From Nitrospinaceae bacterium UBA7883 (lineage in GTDB: Bacteria; Nitrospinota_A; UBA7883): a stretch of 64,000 bases of DNA. Shown here piece by piece: positions 48,318 through 57,751 of the stretch. Numbering within the stretch: the stretch's first letter is position 1; each line of letters begins with the position of its first letter. The stretch spans positions 74,299 through 138,298 of the forward strand of contig DLRR01000002.1 in assembly GCA_002500605.1 (NCBI GenBank). The letters run 5' to 3'. A program made the translations under genes and the position numbers. Under the pieces are notes generated by a model, which saw only the letters and a program-made list of their open reading frames with translations, searched no databases and was not told where the DNA came from.

Positions 48318-48891
48318 TTGCCACTTTTTTTAAGTCATCCTTTGCCCTTGAAATTCGTGATCGCACAGTACCAATAGGAGTCAGCGTAACCTCAGAAATA
48401 TCTTCATAACTCAAGCCTTCTATTTCACGTAAAATAATTGCTATTCTTCTCTCCGGCACAAGATGTGAGAGAATTTTGGCCAATGTTTTCTCAGCATCCA
48501 TAATATTTATCGCCTCTTCAGGGTTTTCATTCGCCAACAAATGATTCTCAATGTTCTTCAACATTTTTTCATCTGAATATTGAAGTTCAAAGCGGTTTGA
48601 CTTTATCCAGTTAAGTGTTTTATTTACTACAATTCTGTATAACCATGTGCGAAAGGCTGATCTTCCTTCAAACTTTGGAAGTGCGATCCAAACTGAAACA
48701 AATACATCTTGGGAAATATCCTCGGCTATGTCTGAGTTATATGTCATTCTATATGTTACATTCCAAACGAAACTCTCGTACCGGTCGAATAGCCCTGCAA
48801 ATGCCTTCTGGTCGCCTGAAGCGGCCATTTTAACTAGCTGAGCATCGCTTATTTTTTCCACCATGTCTGCTAAAGTGTCTTTCCTGTTCAT
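48286..48891 (-). CDS. ECF (group IV) sigma-70 family sigma factor
   Basis: Region 2 'DIAEDISQDVFVSVWIALPKFEGRSAFRTWLYRIVVNKTLNWI' and region 4 HTH 'LSYEDISEVTLTPIGTVRSRISRAKDDL'. The start is uncertain (ATG at 48891, or GTG at 48924). Confidence 0.8.
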   Translation of the reverse strand: MNRKDTLADMVEKISDAQLVKMAASGDQKAFAGLFDRYESFVWNVTYRMTYNSDIAEDISQDVFVSVWIALPKFEGRSAFRTWLYRIVVNKTLNWIKSNRFELQYSDEKMLKNIENHLLANENPEEAINIMDAEKTLAKILSHLVPERRIAIILREIEGLSYEDISEVTLTPIGTVRSRISRAKDDLKKVAIDMEECRHGC

Positions 48892-49224
48892 TCCAGTGGT
48901 CATATAAATGGTCGATGTGTTCACATGCTATAAACCGTAGAACATTTGGAATGCAGACCACCTGAATTTATTAACATTTTGGCTTTTACCATCCCTTACC
49001 AGTTATTGCATGGTACCCCAATTCCCCGAAAAGTCTGAAACCACAGCAAAAATTCAGTCGCTACTATCAATTTACCTATTCATACTACTAATGGTAAAAA
49101 CCATTTATTTTGTTTTGTGTTAAATATATGACAATATAGAATCAAAAAAGTTCCCGCCTCATCAATATTTATGTGAAAAGAGAAGAGAATATAATCAAGT
49201 TAAACCAAGAGCAGAGAACCAAGT

Positions 49225-50022
49225 ATGAGTAAAACTGCCAACTTAAAAACCAAGCTTAGAGCATGGCTATACACAAGGTTTCCCTTTCTTGCTCATAAAG
49301 CGGCAGCCAAAATTAGGCCATTTTCGTTTGAAAATACTCCTTGGGCACCTATCGTCAAACCGTTGTCTGAGATCAAAGTATCCATTGTTACCACTTCAGG
49401 TGTGCATTTAAACAGCGATTTGCCCTTTAACATGGAAGATGAGACTGGAGATCCATCATACAGAATAGTTCCATCTGACGCTGACATATCCACGCTTACT
49501 ATTACACACAATTACTACAACCATTCTGACGCCGATCGAGACATCAACATAGTATTCCCCATTGAACGAATGCGCGAATATGTAGACGAAGGCCGGATAG
49601 GTTCACTGGCTAACCAGCATTATGGGATGATGGGACATATTCGGGAGAACCACTTGGGTGAGTACATGAATAAATGGTTGCCAGAAGTCGCAAAAATGAT
49701 GAAAGAAGACAGCGTTGATTGTGCCTTAATCACCCCTGGTTGAGGTTTGTGCAACCGGTCCGGAGGATTGGCACAAAGGGTTTTGGAAGCAAACGGTATC
49801 GCAACAGTTGGGATCTCAATAGAAAAAAAATTTACTGAAGAGGTAAAACCACCTCGCACGGTTTTCCTCAAATGGCCCTACGGGCATCCTTTGGGAGAAC
49901 CGGGTGCTATAAAACAACAGAGGGCAGTACTAGATGTGGCCTTCAGGATGCTGGAAACATGTGAAACTCCTGGAGAAATCATCGAACCAGGATATGCGTG
50001 GAAACGCCACAAATACGAGTAA
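49225..50022 (+). CDS. Candidate selenoprotein, GrdB/PrdB (glycine/D-proline reductase protein B)-like; in-frame TGA(Sec) at 49741-49743
   Basis: Two ORFs in the same frame are separated only by a TGA. Read-through gives '...CALITPG-U-GLCNRSGG...', a UxxC redox motif. A SECIS-like hairpin (TTTGTGC...GCACAAA, 49746-49777) lies immediately 3' of the TGA. Both halves look coding. Confidence 0.5.
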
Positions 50023-50069
50023 TGAGCTTTAAATTCCATGCTAATACAAAAAGTAGCGCCAGTTATTAG

Positions 50070-51296
50070 CTAAGATTTTTGGCTAATCCCACAGCCCTTG
50101 TAAACCTCACGAAACCCTAATAGCGCCCGTTCGCATACATCCGTACTGAGACAAAATGCTACCCGGAAATAACCAGCTCTACCAAAACCTTTCCCCGGAA
50201 CCACCAGAATATTCTTTTCCTTCAACGCTTCGGTAAATTTCTCATCGTCAGAATCAGGAGATTTTGGGAACAGGTAGAACCCGCCTTTTGGACTAATAAC
50301 ATTGTACCCAATATCCGATAAACCATTTACAAGGATATCACGGTTCTTCTTGTATATGGACATATCACACTCTTCAGCCTGAAGTTCGGCCACAAGCCTT
50401 TGGAAAAGAGCCGGAGCGTTTACAAATCCAAGTATCCTGTTAGTCAAAACCATAGCGTTTATTAATGCCTCGGCATGTTGATCTTTTGGATTAACGGCAA
50501 CGTACCCAATACGTTCACCTGGCAAGTTTAGATCCTTGGAGTGAGAGGTAACCACCATGGACTGATCATAATAACCAAAGACCCAAGGAACTTTTACTCC
50601 GTCATATAAAAGTTTCCTATATGGTTCGTCCATAATCAAAAAAATCGGCCTGTTATGCTCGCTAGACTTTTCCCTAAGTATTTCCCCAAGCTGTGCTAGG
50701 GCCTCTTCAGGATAAACAGCACCACTTGGGTTATTAGGTGAGTTTAATAGCACAGCTCTGGTTTTTGGGCCAATGGCTTCTTTTATTTTCTCTGGTATCA
50801 GTTGGAAGTGCTCATCTGTCTCCACTACTATTGCCCTGGCTCGATGATTTGCAGTATAGAAAATGTACTCAGCAAAGTAAGGAGCCGTTATGATAACATC
50901 ATCGTCAGGATCACATATGGCTCTTAGGATGACGTTAAGCCCTCCGCCCGCCCCAACTGTCATTATCAAGTGGTTAGGAGTAAAACTTTGGTCTGTTTCG
51001 ATTCTAAGATGTTCTGCGATCTTTTCTCTTACCCAGGGGAAACCAGCATTTTGCATGTATTTGTGGGTGCCAGATGCATCGTCTAATACTAACTCACGTA
51101 ACCGATTAATAACACGGTGTGAGGGTTCTTGGAAAGGGTTGCCCAGTGTAAAGTCGCACACCGCTTCATCACCCAGTCTGGCCTTCATCATGGCTCCCTC
51201 ATCGAACATCTTCCTGATCCATGAGGACTTTTCAATCATTTCCGCAATTTCTTTAGCGATTGGCATAGGGCCTCCAACTAAATCTTTCATACGCAT
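50070..51296 (-). CDS. Class I/II PLP-dependent aminotransferase (aspartate/alanine aminotransferase family)
   Basis: 408 aa with a fold-type I AAT pattern (the 'NPSG' and 'SKDLNLPGERIGY' regions). Confidence 0.8.
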   Translation of the reverse strand: MRMKDLVGGPMPIAKEIAEMIEKSSWIRKMFDEGAMMKARLGDEAVCDFTLGNPFQEPSHRVINRLRELVLDDASGTHKYMQNAGFPWVREKIAEHLRIETDQSFTPNHLIMTVGAGGGLNVILRAICDPDDDVIITAPYFAEYIFYTANHRARAIVVETDEHFQLIPEKIKEAIGPKTRAVLLNSPNNPSGAVYPEEALAQLGEILREKSSEHNRPIFLIMDEPYRKLLYDGVKVPWVFGYYDQSMVVTSHSKDLNLPGERIGYVAVNPKDQHAEALINAMVLTNRILGFVNAPALFQRLVAELQAEECDMSIYKKNRDILVNGLSDIGYNVISPKGGFYLFPKSPDSDDEKFTEALKEKNILVVPGKGFGRAGYFRVAFCLSTDVCERALLGFREVYKGCGISQKS

Positions 51297-51332
51297 GACA
51301 TCTAAGTTAAGCGTTACCTTCCATATGTTCTT

Positions 51333-52538
51333 TTAATCGAACAACTCATCAGTTAGCTTGAGTCTTATTGCAGCCTGACTAATCTTTGTCTTCGTTTCAA
51401 GCTCCTGCCTAAGCCTATTAACAACATCCTTACAATGATTTATATCGGCGCTGTTGTTAAGCTCTACGCTAAATTCTATAAGAATTTTTCCGGTTATATA
51501 ATGTATTACCAAATGTGACACACTCAGAATCTCTTTGTCCTCTAAGGCAATGCTCATTATTTGGTCTTCTAGTAAAGTGCGATCTAAATTAATGACTTTG
51601 TAGTCCATGTCACTCTCTGTATCAGCATGGACAAGAACATCAATGGCTCCAGTTAATTTTTTCAGTTGCGAACGAACATTTTCTGAAACGTTGTGAGCTT
51701 CGGTTATTGACATATTGCATTGCACTTCTATGTGCACATCAATGAACTTATCCCCGCCCATTTTTCGTGACCTAAGTTCATGGTAACTAAGCACACCAGG
51801 AGTCTGAGAAATAGCTATGCCAATCTCCTTAAGATCATCTGGTGATAGCGATGTATCCATCAGTTCCTTAAGAGCATTCCAGCATATTTCTCTGCCGACC
51901 TCAGCTATAAGCAAAGCTACTACAATAGCCGCCAATGGGTCTAGTATTGGAAATCCCATCATGGCTCCACTAATTCCCAGAAGAGCAGCTATAGATGACA
52001 GGGCATCCGTTCTATGGTGCCAAGCGTTTGCCATGATGGCTTGGTTGTCGAGTTCTCGCCCTATCCTAGCTGTATATTGGTATAAAGTTTCCTTGAAAAC
52101 GATCGATAATATCGCAGCCAGCAGGGCTGGCCAAGTAGGGATACTAATATTTCCTTCAGCAATAGAGTATGTAGTGTCGATCATAATCAGTACGCCGACT
52201 AGAACAAGTAATGCGCCTAAAGCAGCTGCCCCGATGGTCTCCGCTCTACCATGACCGTATGGATGTCCCTCATCAGCCTCCATCTGAGCAACGTGGACTG
52301 AAATATAGACCATAAGGTCAGTCACGATATCACTTAAAGAGTGGACTGCATCAGCAATCATAGCTGCCGATCCGCCTGCAATGCCAGCAATGAATTTACC
52401 TGCGGAAAGTCCCGAATTTACAAATAAGCCCAAAATGGTGACTTTTTTAGCTGCAGACCCACGGCCATCCTTATCCAGCTTTGGCTTATTAATATGATCG
52501 TACAACAAACTACCTCGAAAATTACAGGATTGTAACAT
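51333..52538 (-). CDS. Cation diffusion facilitator (CDF) family metal efflux transporter with extended C-terminal domain
   Basis: 'HSLSDIVTD' and 'DALSS' motifs in TM2/TM5. 401 aa, which includes a ~100 aa C-terminal extension. Confidence 0.8.
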   Translation of the reverse strand: MLQSCNFRGSLLYDHINKPKLDKDGRGSAAKKVTILGLFVNSGLSAGKFIAGIAGGSAAMIADAVHSLSDIVTDLMVYISVHVAQMEADEGHPYGHGRAETIGAAALGALLVLVGVLIMIDTTYSIAEGNISIPTWPALLAAILSIVFKETLYQYTARIGRELDNQAIMANAWHHRTDALSSIAALLGISGAMMGFPILDPLAAIVVALLIAEVGREICWNALKELMDTSLSPDDLKEIGIAISQTPGVLSYHELRSRKMGGDKFIDVHIEVQCNMSITEAHNVSENVRSQLKKLTGAIDVLVHADTESDMDYKVINLDRTLLEDQIMSIALEDKEILSVSHLVIHYITGKILIEFSVELNNSADINHCKDVVNRLRQELETKTKISQAAIRLKLTDELFD

Positions 52539-52701
52539 ATGTCTTCATGGTAGGAAAAAGTATCAAACACATAGAGGGGGGTATATATGGGGGGCGTAAA
52601 ATATAGAGCACACCCCTAGTCGAATCGGGCTTTTGATAATCAGATATGCCAAACGTCAATGCGGAAAGACAAGGTTGATCTGGTTCGCCTGTGCTGGGGA
52701 C

Positions 52702-53019
52702 TCAAAAACCATTAAAGTTTTTTTTCACACATTCTCGAGCAAGTTCCTTTGCGGTGGAAATTTCGGCACTGGTCATTCTCTTCGCAACGATGTCTCTAAA
52801 TTCATATGCGTCCTTATTCCCAGAAGGCACGGCAATACTAAACCACATATGAGCATAAACATTATCCTTTAGAACACCTCTTCCAAAGTGGTACATCAAA
52901 CCAAGTTTGTACTGTGCATCGGCATGCCCCTGTTCGGCAAGTGGCTTGAATTCACGCAGAGCAGCTTCGTAATCACATTTTTCATAAGCAGCCTCCCCCT
53001 TTTGGTAATCAGCGCTCAA
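52702..53019 (-). CDS. Sel1-repeat (TPR-like) protein; N-terminal signal peptide appears to lie in a different frame (53084-53013)
   Basis: 'A.QGHADAQYKLGLMYHFGRGVLKDNVYAHMWF' is a Sel1 repeat. The upstream ORF 'MRRTAITLLITLAVLLGSAGVS*' terminates in a different frame at the Sel1 start. Confidence 0.55.
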   Translation of the reverse strand: MSADYQKGEAAYEKCDYEAALREFKPLAEQGHADAQYKLGLMYHFGRGVLKDNVYAHMWFSIAVPSGNKDAYEFRDIVAKRMTSAEISTAKELARECVKKNFNGF

Positions 53020-53293
53020 CTCACACCCGCACTTCCTAAGAGTACGGCAAGGGTAATCAGCAAAGTAATCGCTGTGCGTCTCATAAAAATAAGTTTAGCA
53101 GGTTATGGTAATGTGAGAAATAATTCATTATCGAACAAACAGATACAATTAAATAAATTTTCCAAACGTATTTATTCATGATAGCTTTTACCATATAAGT
53201 TTTAATGCTTAGATTTAGGACACCCTTACTTTGTCACCTAGTTCACTGAAAAGATGGAATAAAATAAACCCCAATATAAGAAAAAATGTGGCA

Positions 53294-54076
53294 ATGCTTG
53301 AATGTAAACTTCCATTGGTTTGGGTTGTGGTAGCTTTCTGTATTCTGATTAGTGATGTACAACATTCTTTTGCTGGATCTATTAAAGCAGCAGTTTCCTC
53401 TAACTTTCTTGCACCAATGGCAAAAATAGCAATCGAGTTTGAGAAAGAAAGCGGTAATAAGGTTTTAATCAGTTCCGGCTCCACAGGGCAATTGTACGCA
53501 CAAATTATCCATGGTGCACCGTTTGACATTTTTTTTGCGGGGGATGCTGCAAGACCCGAAAAACTGGTTGGGCTTGGAGTGGCTTATGGAGATTCAAAAT
53601 CGTACGCTTTCGGTAAATTAGCTTTGCTGTGTGTTGCCAGAGAAATAGAATGTACCCTTGATTCAATTAAGCAAGGTAAATTTAAGAAATTGGCGTTAGC
53701 AAACCCTTTACTAGCCCCTTATGGTGTAGCGGCAAAACAAGTTTTGCAAGTGGTGGGCAAAAGAAAAGCACACTTCAACCGACTTGTCTACGGGCAGAAT
53801 ATTTCTCAAACCATGCAATTTGTGATTTCAGGAACTGTGGCGGCAGGGTTTGTAGCCGTATCCGACTTAAAAAAAGTGGAAAAAACATTACCCAGTTCAT
53901 TTTTGATAGTTGACCAACAACTTTATGACCCCATTGACCAACAAATGGTTGTTATCAAAAACCAAAAGAACATCATAGAGGCAAGAGCACTAGCTAATTT
54001 CGTTACCAGTAAAAAGGGTCGTGCAATCATCAAGTCATTTGGATACGATTTACCAAAACAAAAGCTTTTAAAATAA
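53294..54076 (+). CDS. modA: Molybdate ABC transporter substrate-binding protein
   Basis: Signal peptide, then 'SSGSTGQLYAQIIHGAPFDIFFAGD'. The start was set at the ATG that begins the signal peptide (the track ORF starts at 53231). Confidence 0.8.
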   Translation: MLECKLPLVWVVVAFCILISDVQHSFAGSIKAAVSSNFLAPMAKIAIEFEKESGNKVLISSGSTGQLYAQIIHGAPFDIFFAGDAARPEKLVGLGVAYGDSKSYAFGKLALLCVAREIECTLDSIKQGKFKKLALANPLLAPYGVAAKQVLQVVGKRKAHFNRLVYGQNISQTMQFVISGTVAAGFVAVSDLKKVEKTLPSSFLIVDQQLYDPIDQQMVVIKNQKNIIEARALANFVTSKKGRAIIKSFGYDLPKQKLLK

Positions 54077-54094
54077 TATTACCTAGGTCAAGCT

Positions 54095-54772
54095 GTGGAA
54101 CTTTTTCAAAGCCCTCTCTGGATAACTATAAAGCTTGCTACTATTTCAACTTTCATCCTGCTTTTGATTTCTACACCAATGGCTTGGTGGTTATCGCGTG
54201 ACAAGGGAAAGTTTAAAGCTGTAGTGGAATCTGTTGTAGCTATACCTTTGGTGTTACCACCAACTGTATTGGGATTCTACCTTCTCATTGCATTAAGCCC
54301 AAATGGGTTTTTAGGAGCTCCCTTGGAAGCATTAGGAATAGGGTCGCTTGCTTTTACATTTGAGGGATTGCTAATTGGGTCAATAATTTACTCGTTGGCA
54401 TTCGTAGTAAGACCGCTGCAGAACTCCTTTGAATCGGTAAACGACGAACTTTTGGAAGCGGCTGCAACTCTTGGTGCCTCTCCTCTGGACAGGTTTTTCT
54501 CAATTGCCGTGCCGTTATCCATACCTGGTTTTCTCACGGCTACTGCCCTTGGGTTTGCTCATACAGTTGGAGAGTTTGGAGTTGCACTTATGATTGGCGG
54601 CAACATCCCTGGTGAAACAAGAGTTATGTCAATTGAGATATTTAACCTAGTTGAAGCCTTAAATTATGACCAGGCACACTTTTACTCTGCAGGGTTAATG
54701 ATATTTTCTTTTTTACTCCTATTCTTAGTGTCAATGATCAACTTTAACTCAAGTTCAAAAAACCCGTTATGA
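54095..54772 (+). CDS. modB: Molybdate ABC transporter permease
   Basis: ABC TM permease with the EAA-like motif 'EAAATLGASPLDRFF'. Confidence 0.85.
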   Translation: MELFQSPLWITIKLATISTFILLLISTPMAWWLSRDKGKFKAVVESVVAIPLVLPPTVLGFYLLIALSPNGFLGAPLEALGIGSLAFTFEGLLIGSIIYSLAFVVRPLQNSFESVNDELLEAAATLGASPLDRFFSIAVPLSIPGFLTATALGFAHTVGEFGVALMIGGNIPGETRVMSIEIFNLVEALNYDQAHFYSAGLMIFSFLLLFLVSMINFNSSSKNPL

Positions 54773-55881
54773 ATGTACTTCCATCCAATGGAGAAACTCC
54801 TGAAGGACTCTATGCACAGTTTACCCATATGCGGGGGACGTTTAGCATAGAAGCCACCCTTGAAGCACCACAGAGTGGTGTCACCGCTCTGTTTGGCCCT
54901 TCTGGTTGCGGCAAAACAACTTTCCTGCGTCTTTTGTGCGGTGTTGACAGGGCTAAAGTGGGAAAAGTTTGTGTTAACGGAATGTGGTGGCAAAACAGAT
55001 CTTTTTTCCTGCAGACGTGGAAACGCCCTGTTGGAGTAGTTTTTCAAGACTCCAGACTTTTTCCACATCTTACAGTCAAAAACAATCTTGAATATGGTGC
55101 AAAAAGATCTTTTGCTAGTAAACGCACAAACGGTTATAGGGTAAATTATGATCACACAGTTTCTTGGTTAGGATTGGAGAGACTGCTCGACAGATTTCCT
55201 AATGGCCTTTCTGGCGGAGAAAAACAGCGTGTAGCACTGGGCAGAGCAATCCTTCGTAATCCAAGTCTTTTGTTGCTTGATGAGCCAATGGCTTCTCTAG
55301 ATGAAAGTTCGAAAATAGAGATTATTCCTTACTTAGAAGAGCTACGATCAGAGTTGAGCATACCTATTTTATATATTAGCCATGACATATACGAAATTCA
55401 TAGGATTGCTGACCGGGTTGCTCTTATGGAAAAAGGGTCCCTATTAACTAGCGGAGATATCAAAACAATCCTCACATCTCTAGAACTTCCGATTAGCAGG
55501 GGTAGCCATGCAGGGGCAGTAATAAATGCAGATGTTGTTGAGCATGACAAAGAATTTAATCTTTCTATCTTAGAATTCGAAGGCGGTAAAATCAGCGTCG
55601 CCAGAGGCGGCATGACTATTGGGAAAAATGTAAAGCTAAGAATAAACGCATCAGATGTTGCACTGGCATTAGATAAACCACGTAATACCAGCGTGCTTAA
55701 CGTCTTTGGCGTTAAAGTAACAGGCATTGTTGAAATTAACGAGTCACAGGTGATAGTTAAGCTCGACGCACATGGTGTAGCGATGCTATCAAAAATTACA
55801 AAAAAGTCCTTGGATGCACTTAGCATTAAGAGAGGCGACAAATGCTACGCAATGGTGAAAAGTGTGGCACTAATGGCCTAA
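54769..55881 (+). CDS. modC: Molybdate ABC transporter ATP-binding protein with C-terminal TOBE/Mop domain
   Basis: Walker A 'GPSGCGKTT', signature 'LSGGEKQRV', Walker B 'LLLDEP', and a C-terminal Mop-like ~140 aa. Confidence 0.85.
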   Translation: MNVLPSNGETPEGLYAQFTHMRGTFSIEATLEAPQSGVTALFGPSGCGKTTFLRLLCGVDRAKVGKVCVNGMWWQNRSFFLQTWKRPVGVVFQDSRLFPHLTVKNNLEYGAKRSFASKRTNGYRVNYDHTVSWLGLERLLDRFPNGLSGGEKQRVALGRAILRNPSLLLLDEPMASLDESSKIEIIPYLEELRSELSIPILYISHDIYEIHRIADRVALMEKGSLLTSGDIKTILTSLELPISRGSHAGAVINADVVEHDKEFNLSILEFEGGKISVARGGMTIGKNVKLRINASDVALALDKPRNTSVLNVFGVKVTGIVEINESQVIVKLDAHGVAMLSKITKKSLDALSIKRGDKCYAMVKSVALMA

Positions 55882-55941
55882 AAGGTTTTTTCAGCTAGAA
55901 AAATAACAAAAGAAAATACCGTTAGGGGCGATAATATTTAC

Positions 55942-56826
55942 TTACAAAGGCTTATCCAATAAACTCATTTTTCGAAGTACCGCCTGAAGTTTTTCATTGT
56001 TCATTTGGCTCATTTCACAAAGAGGTAGTCTTAGCTCTCCATTGATCTTACCCATAAGAGCAAGTGCGGTCTTCACAGGTATGGGATTGCTTTCAATAAA
56101 CATCGCAGAACTAAGGTCTTGTGTTTCGTAATGTAGCTCTTTTGCTCTGTCCCATTCGCCAGCATAGAACGCATCTGTCATGGCTGATATTTTGTTAGGA
56201 ACTATATTTGCGCTTACAGATATTACTCCCTTGCCGCCAATTGCCATCATCGGGAAAGTAAGAAAATCATCGCCAGAAAGCACGGTAAAATCATCACCGC
56301 AAAGTCCAATTACATTAGATGTATGCGAAAGGTTACCAACAGCATCCTTTACACCAATAATATTTTCGTGAGTTGAAAGGCGTGCTATGGTCTCCGGCGA
56401 AACTGCCATTGCTGTTCTTCCTGGTACGTTATAAATAAAAAATGGTAGGCTTACTGAACTTGCTATTGTCATGTAGTGGCGATATAACCCTTCCTGGGTT
56501 GGTTTATTATAGTAGGGGCTCACCAACAATGCTGCATCTGCTCCCGCATCAGCAGCGTACTTTGTAAGTATCGTGGCTTCGGCTGTGGAGTTGGACCCAG
56601 CACCAGCAATTACGGGGATTCGTTTATCAACAGTATTCACACAAAGTTCTACGACCCTCTTGTGTTCCTCGAACGTCAGTGTAGCAGATTCACCAGTAGT
56701 TCCACATGGGACTATACCGTGAGTACCCTGCTCGATGTGCCATTCAATAAGCTCAACGTAGGATTTTTCATCGACTTTTCCTGCGCTAAATGGCGTAACA
56801 AGTGCCACTATTGATCCTTTGAACAT
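55942..56826 (-). CDS. dapA: 4-hydroxy-tetrahydrodipicolinate synthase
   Basis: 'GSIVALVTPF' start with a TIM-barrel DapA pattern. Confidence 0.9.
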   Translation of the reverse strand: MFKGSIVALVTPFSAGKVDEKSYVELIEWHIEQGTHGIVPCGTTGESATLTFEEHKRVVELCVNTVDKRIPVIAGAGSNSTAEATILTKYAADAGADAALLVSPYYNKPTQEGLYRHYMTIASSVSLPFFIYNVPGRTAMAVSPETIARLSTHENIIGVKDAVGNLSHTSNVIGLCGDDFTVLSGDDFLTFPMMAIGGKGVISVSANIVPNKISAMTDAFYAGEWDRAKELHYETQDLSSAMFIESNPIPVKTALALMGKINGELRLPLCEMSQMNNEKLQAVLRKMSLLDKPL

Positions 56827-56910
56827 TTTCTAGTCTCCGATCATTTTTTGTACGGTGACGGACAACCCTATCCGTCAGAAATTTTATCGTAATGAGCCTC
56901 TATCGTGGGA

Positions 56911-57744
56911 TTAAAGTTTAATCTCACCGCTAAATACCTCGGCTGCTGGACCAGTCATTAACACTCGGCCTTCTTTTGTCCAGTTGATATCCAACGACCC
57001 ACCAGGCAAATCCACAGTAATTTTACGCTCAGTTTTTTTTTGTAGATAAGCCACAACAGCAGAGGCACAGGCCCCGGTTCCACATGCCAACGTAATCCCA
57101 GAGCCTCGCTCCCAAACCCTAACCTTAATTCTTGAGCGTGAAACAGGCTGAACAAACTCAACGTTAGTTCTATTTGGAAAAACTTTATGATTCTCTATCA
57201 ATGGGCCTACTTTTTCAAGTTCAATACTATCAACATCACTGGTAAAGATTACACAGTGTGGGTTGCCCATTGACACAGCAGTGATTTGGTATGATTTATT
57301 GCCAACTTTAAGCGATGTAGCAACCGCTCCGTCTCCCAATGTAGAGAACTCCTGTGAACTTCCGAGTATTGGGGAACCCATATCAACTTGAATTTTCTCT
57401 GCCGATACTATTTTAGCACGTACAATACCGGACAAAGTTTCCACATCCAGACATTTCTTTTTTCTTATAATTTTATCGTTGCGATTCCACAGGTATTTAG
57501 CAAAGCATCGAATACCATTACCGCACATCTCCACCTCAGATCCATCCGCATTGAATATCCTCATTTTGTAATCTGCTTTACGGGAATTAACAATGACTAT
57601 GATCTGATCGCATCCTATCCCTGTGCGCCTATCACATATGGACCTAGCTTTTTCACGCAGTTTCGGAATCGACTTGTGACGGGAGTCTATCATCACAAAA
57701 TCATTGCCTGCGCCATGCATCTTAGTAAACTGCAACTTCGCCAT
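56911..57744 (-). CDS. dapF: Diaminopimelate epimerase
   Basis: 'FTKMHGAGNDFV' and the second active-site Cys region 'ACGTGACAS'. Confidence 0.9.
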   Translation of the reverse strand: MAKLQFTKMHGAGNDFVMIDSRHKSIPKLREKARSICDRRTGIGCDQIIVIVNSRKADYKMRIFNADGSEVEMCGNGIRCFAKYLWNRNDKIIRKKKCLDVETLSGIVRAKIVSAEKIQVDMGSPILGSSQEFSTLGDGAVATSLKVGNKSYQITAVSMGNPHCVIFTSDVDSIELEKVGPLIENHKVFPNRTNVEFVQPVSRSRIKVRVWERGSGITLACGTGACASAVVAYLQKKTERKITVDLPGGSLDINWTKEGRVLMTGPAAEVFSGEIKL

Positions 57745-57751
57745 TATAATC

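Noticed and set aside
52560-52640. G-rich motif GAGGGGGGTATATATGGGGGGCG between the CDF transporter and Sel1 genes
   Set aside because: It is a short, single-copy, low-complexity run with no convincing secondary structure or flanking gene. It is probably promoter/leader sequence of the CDF gene.
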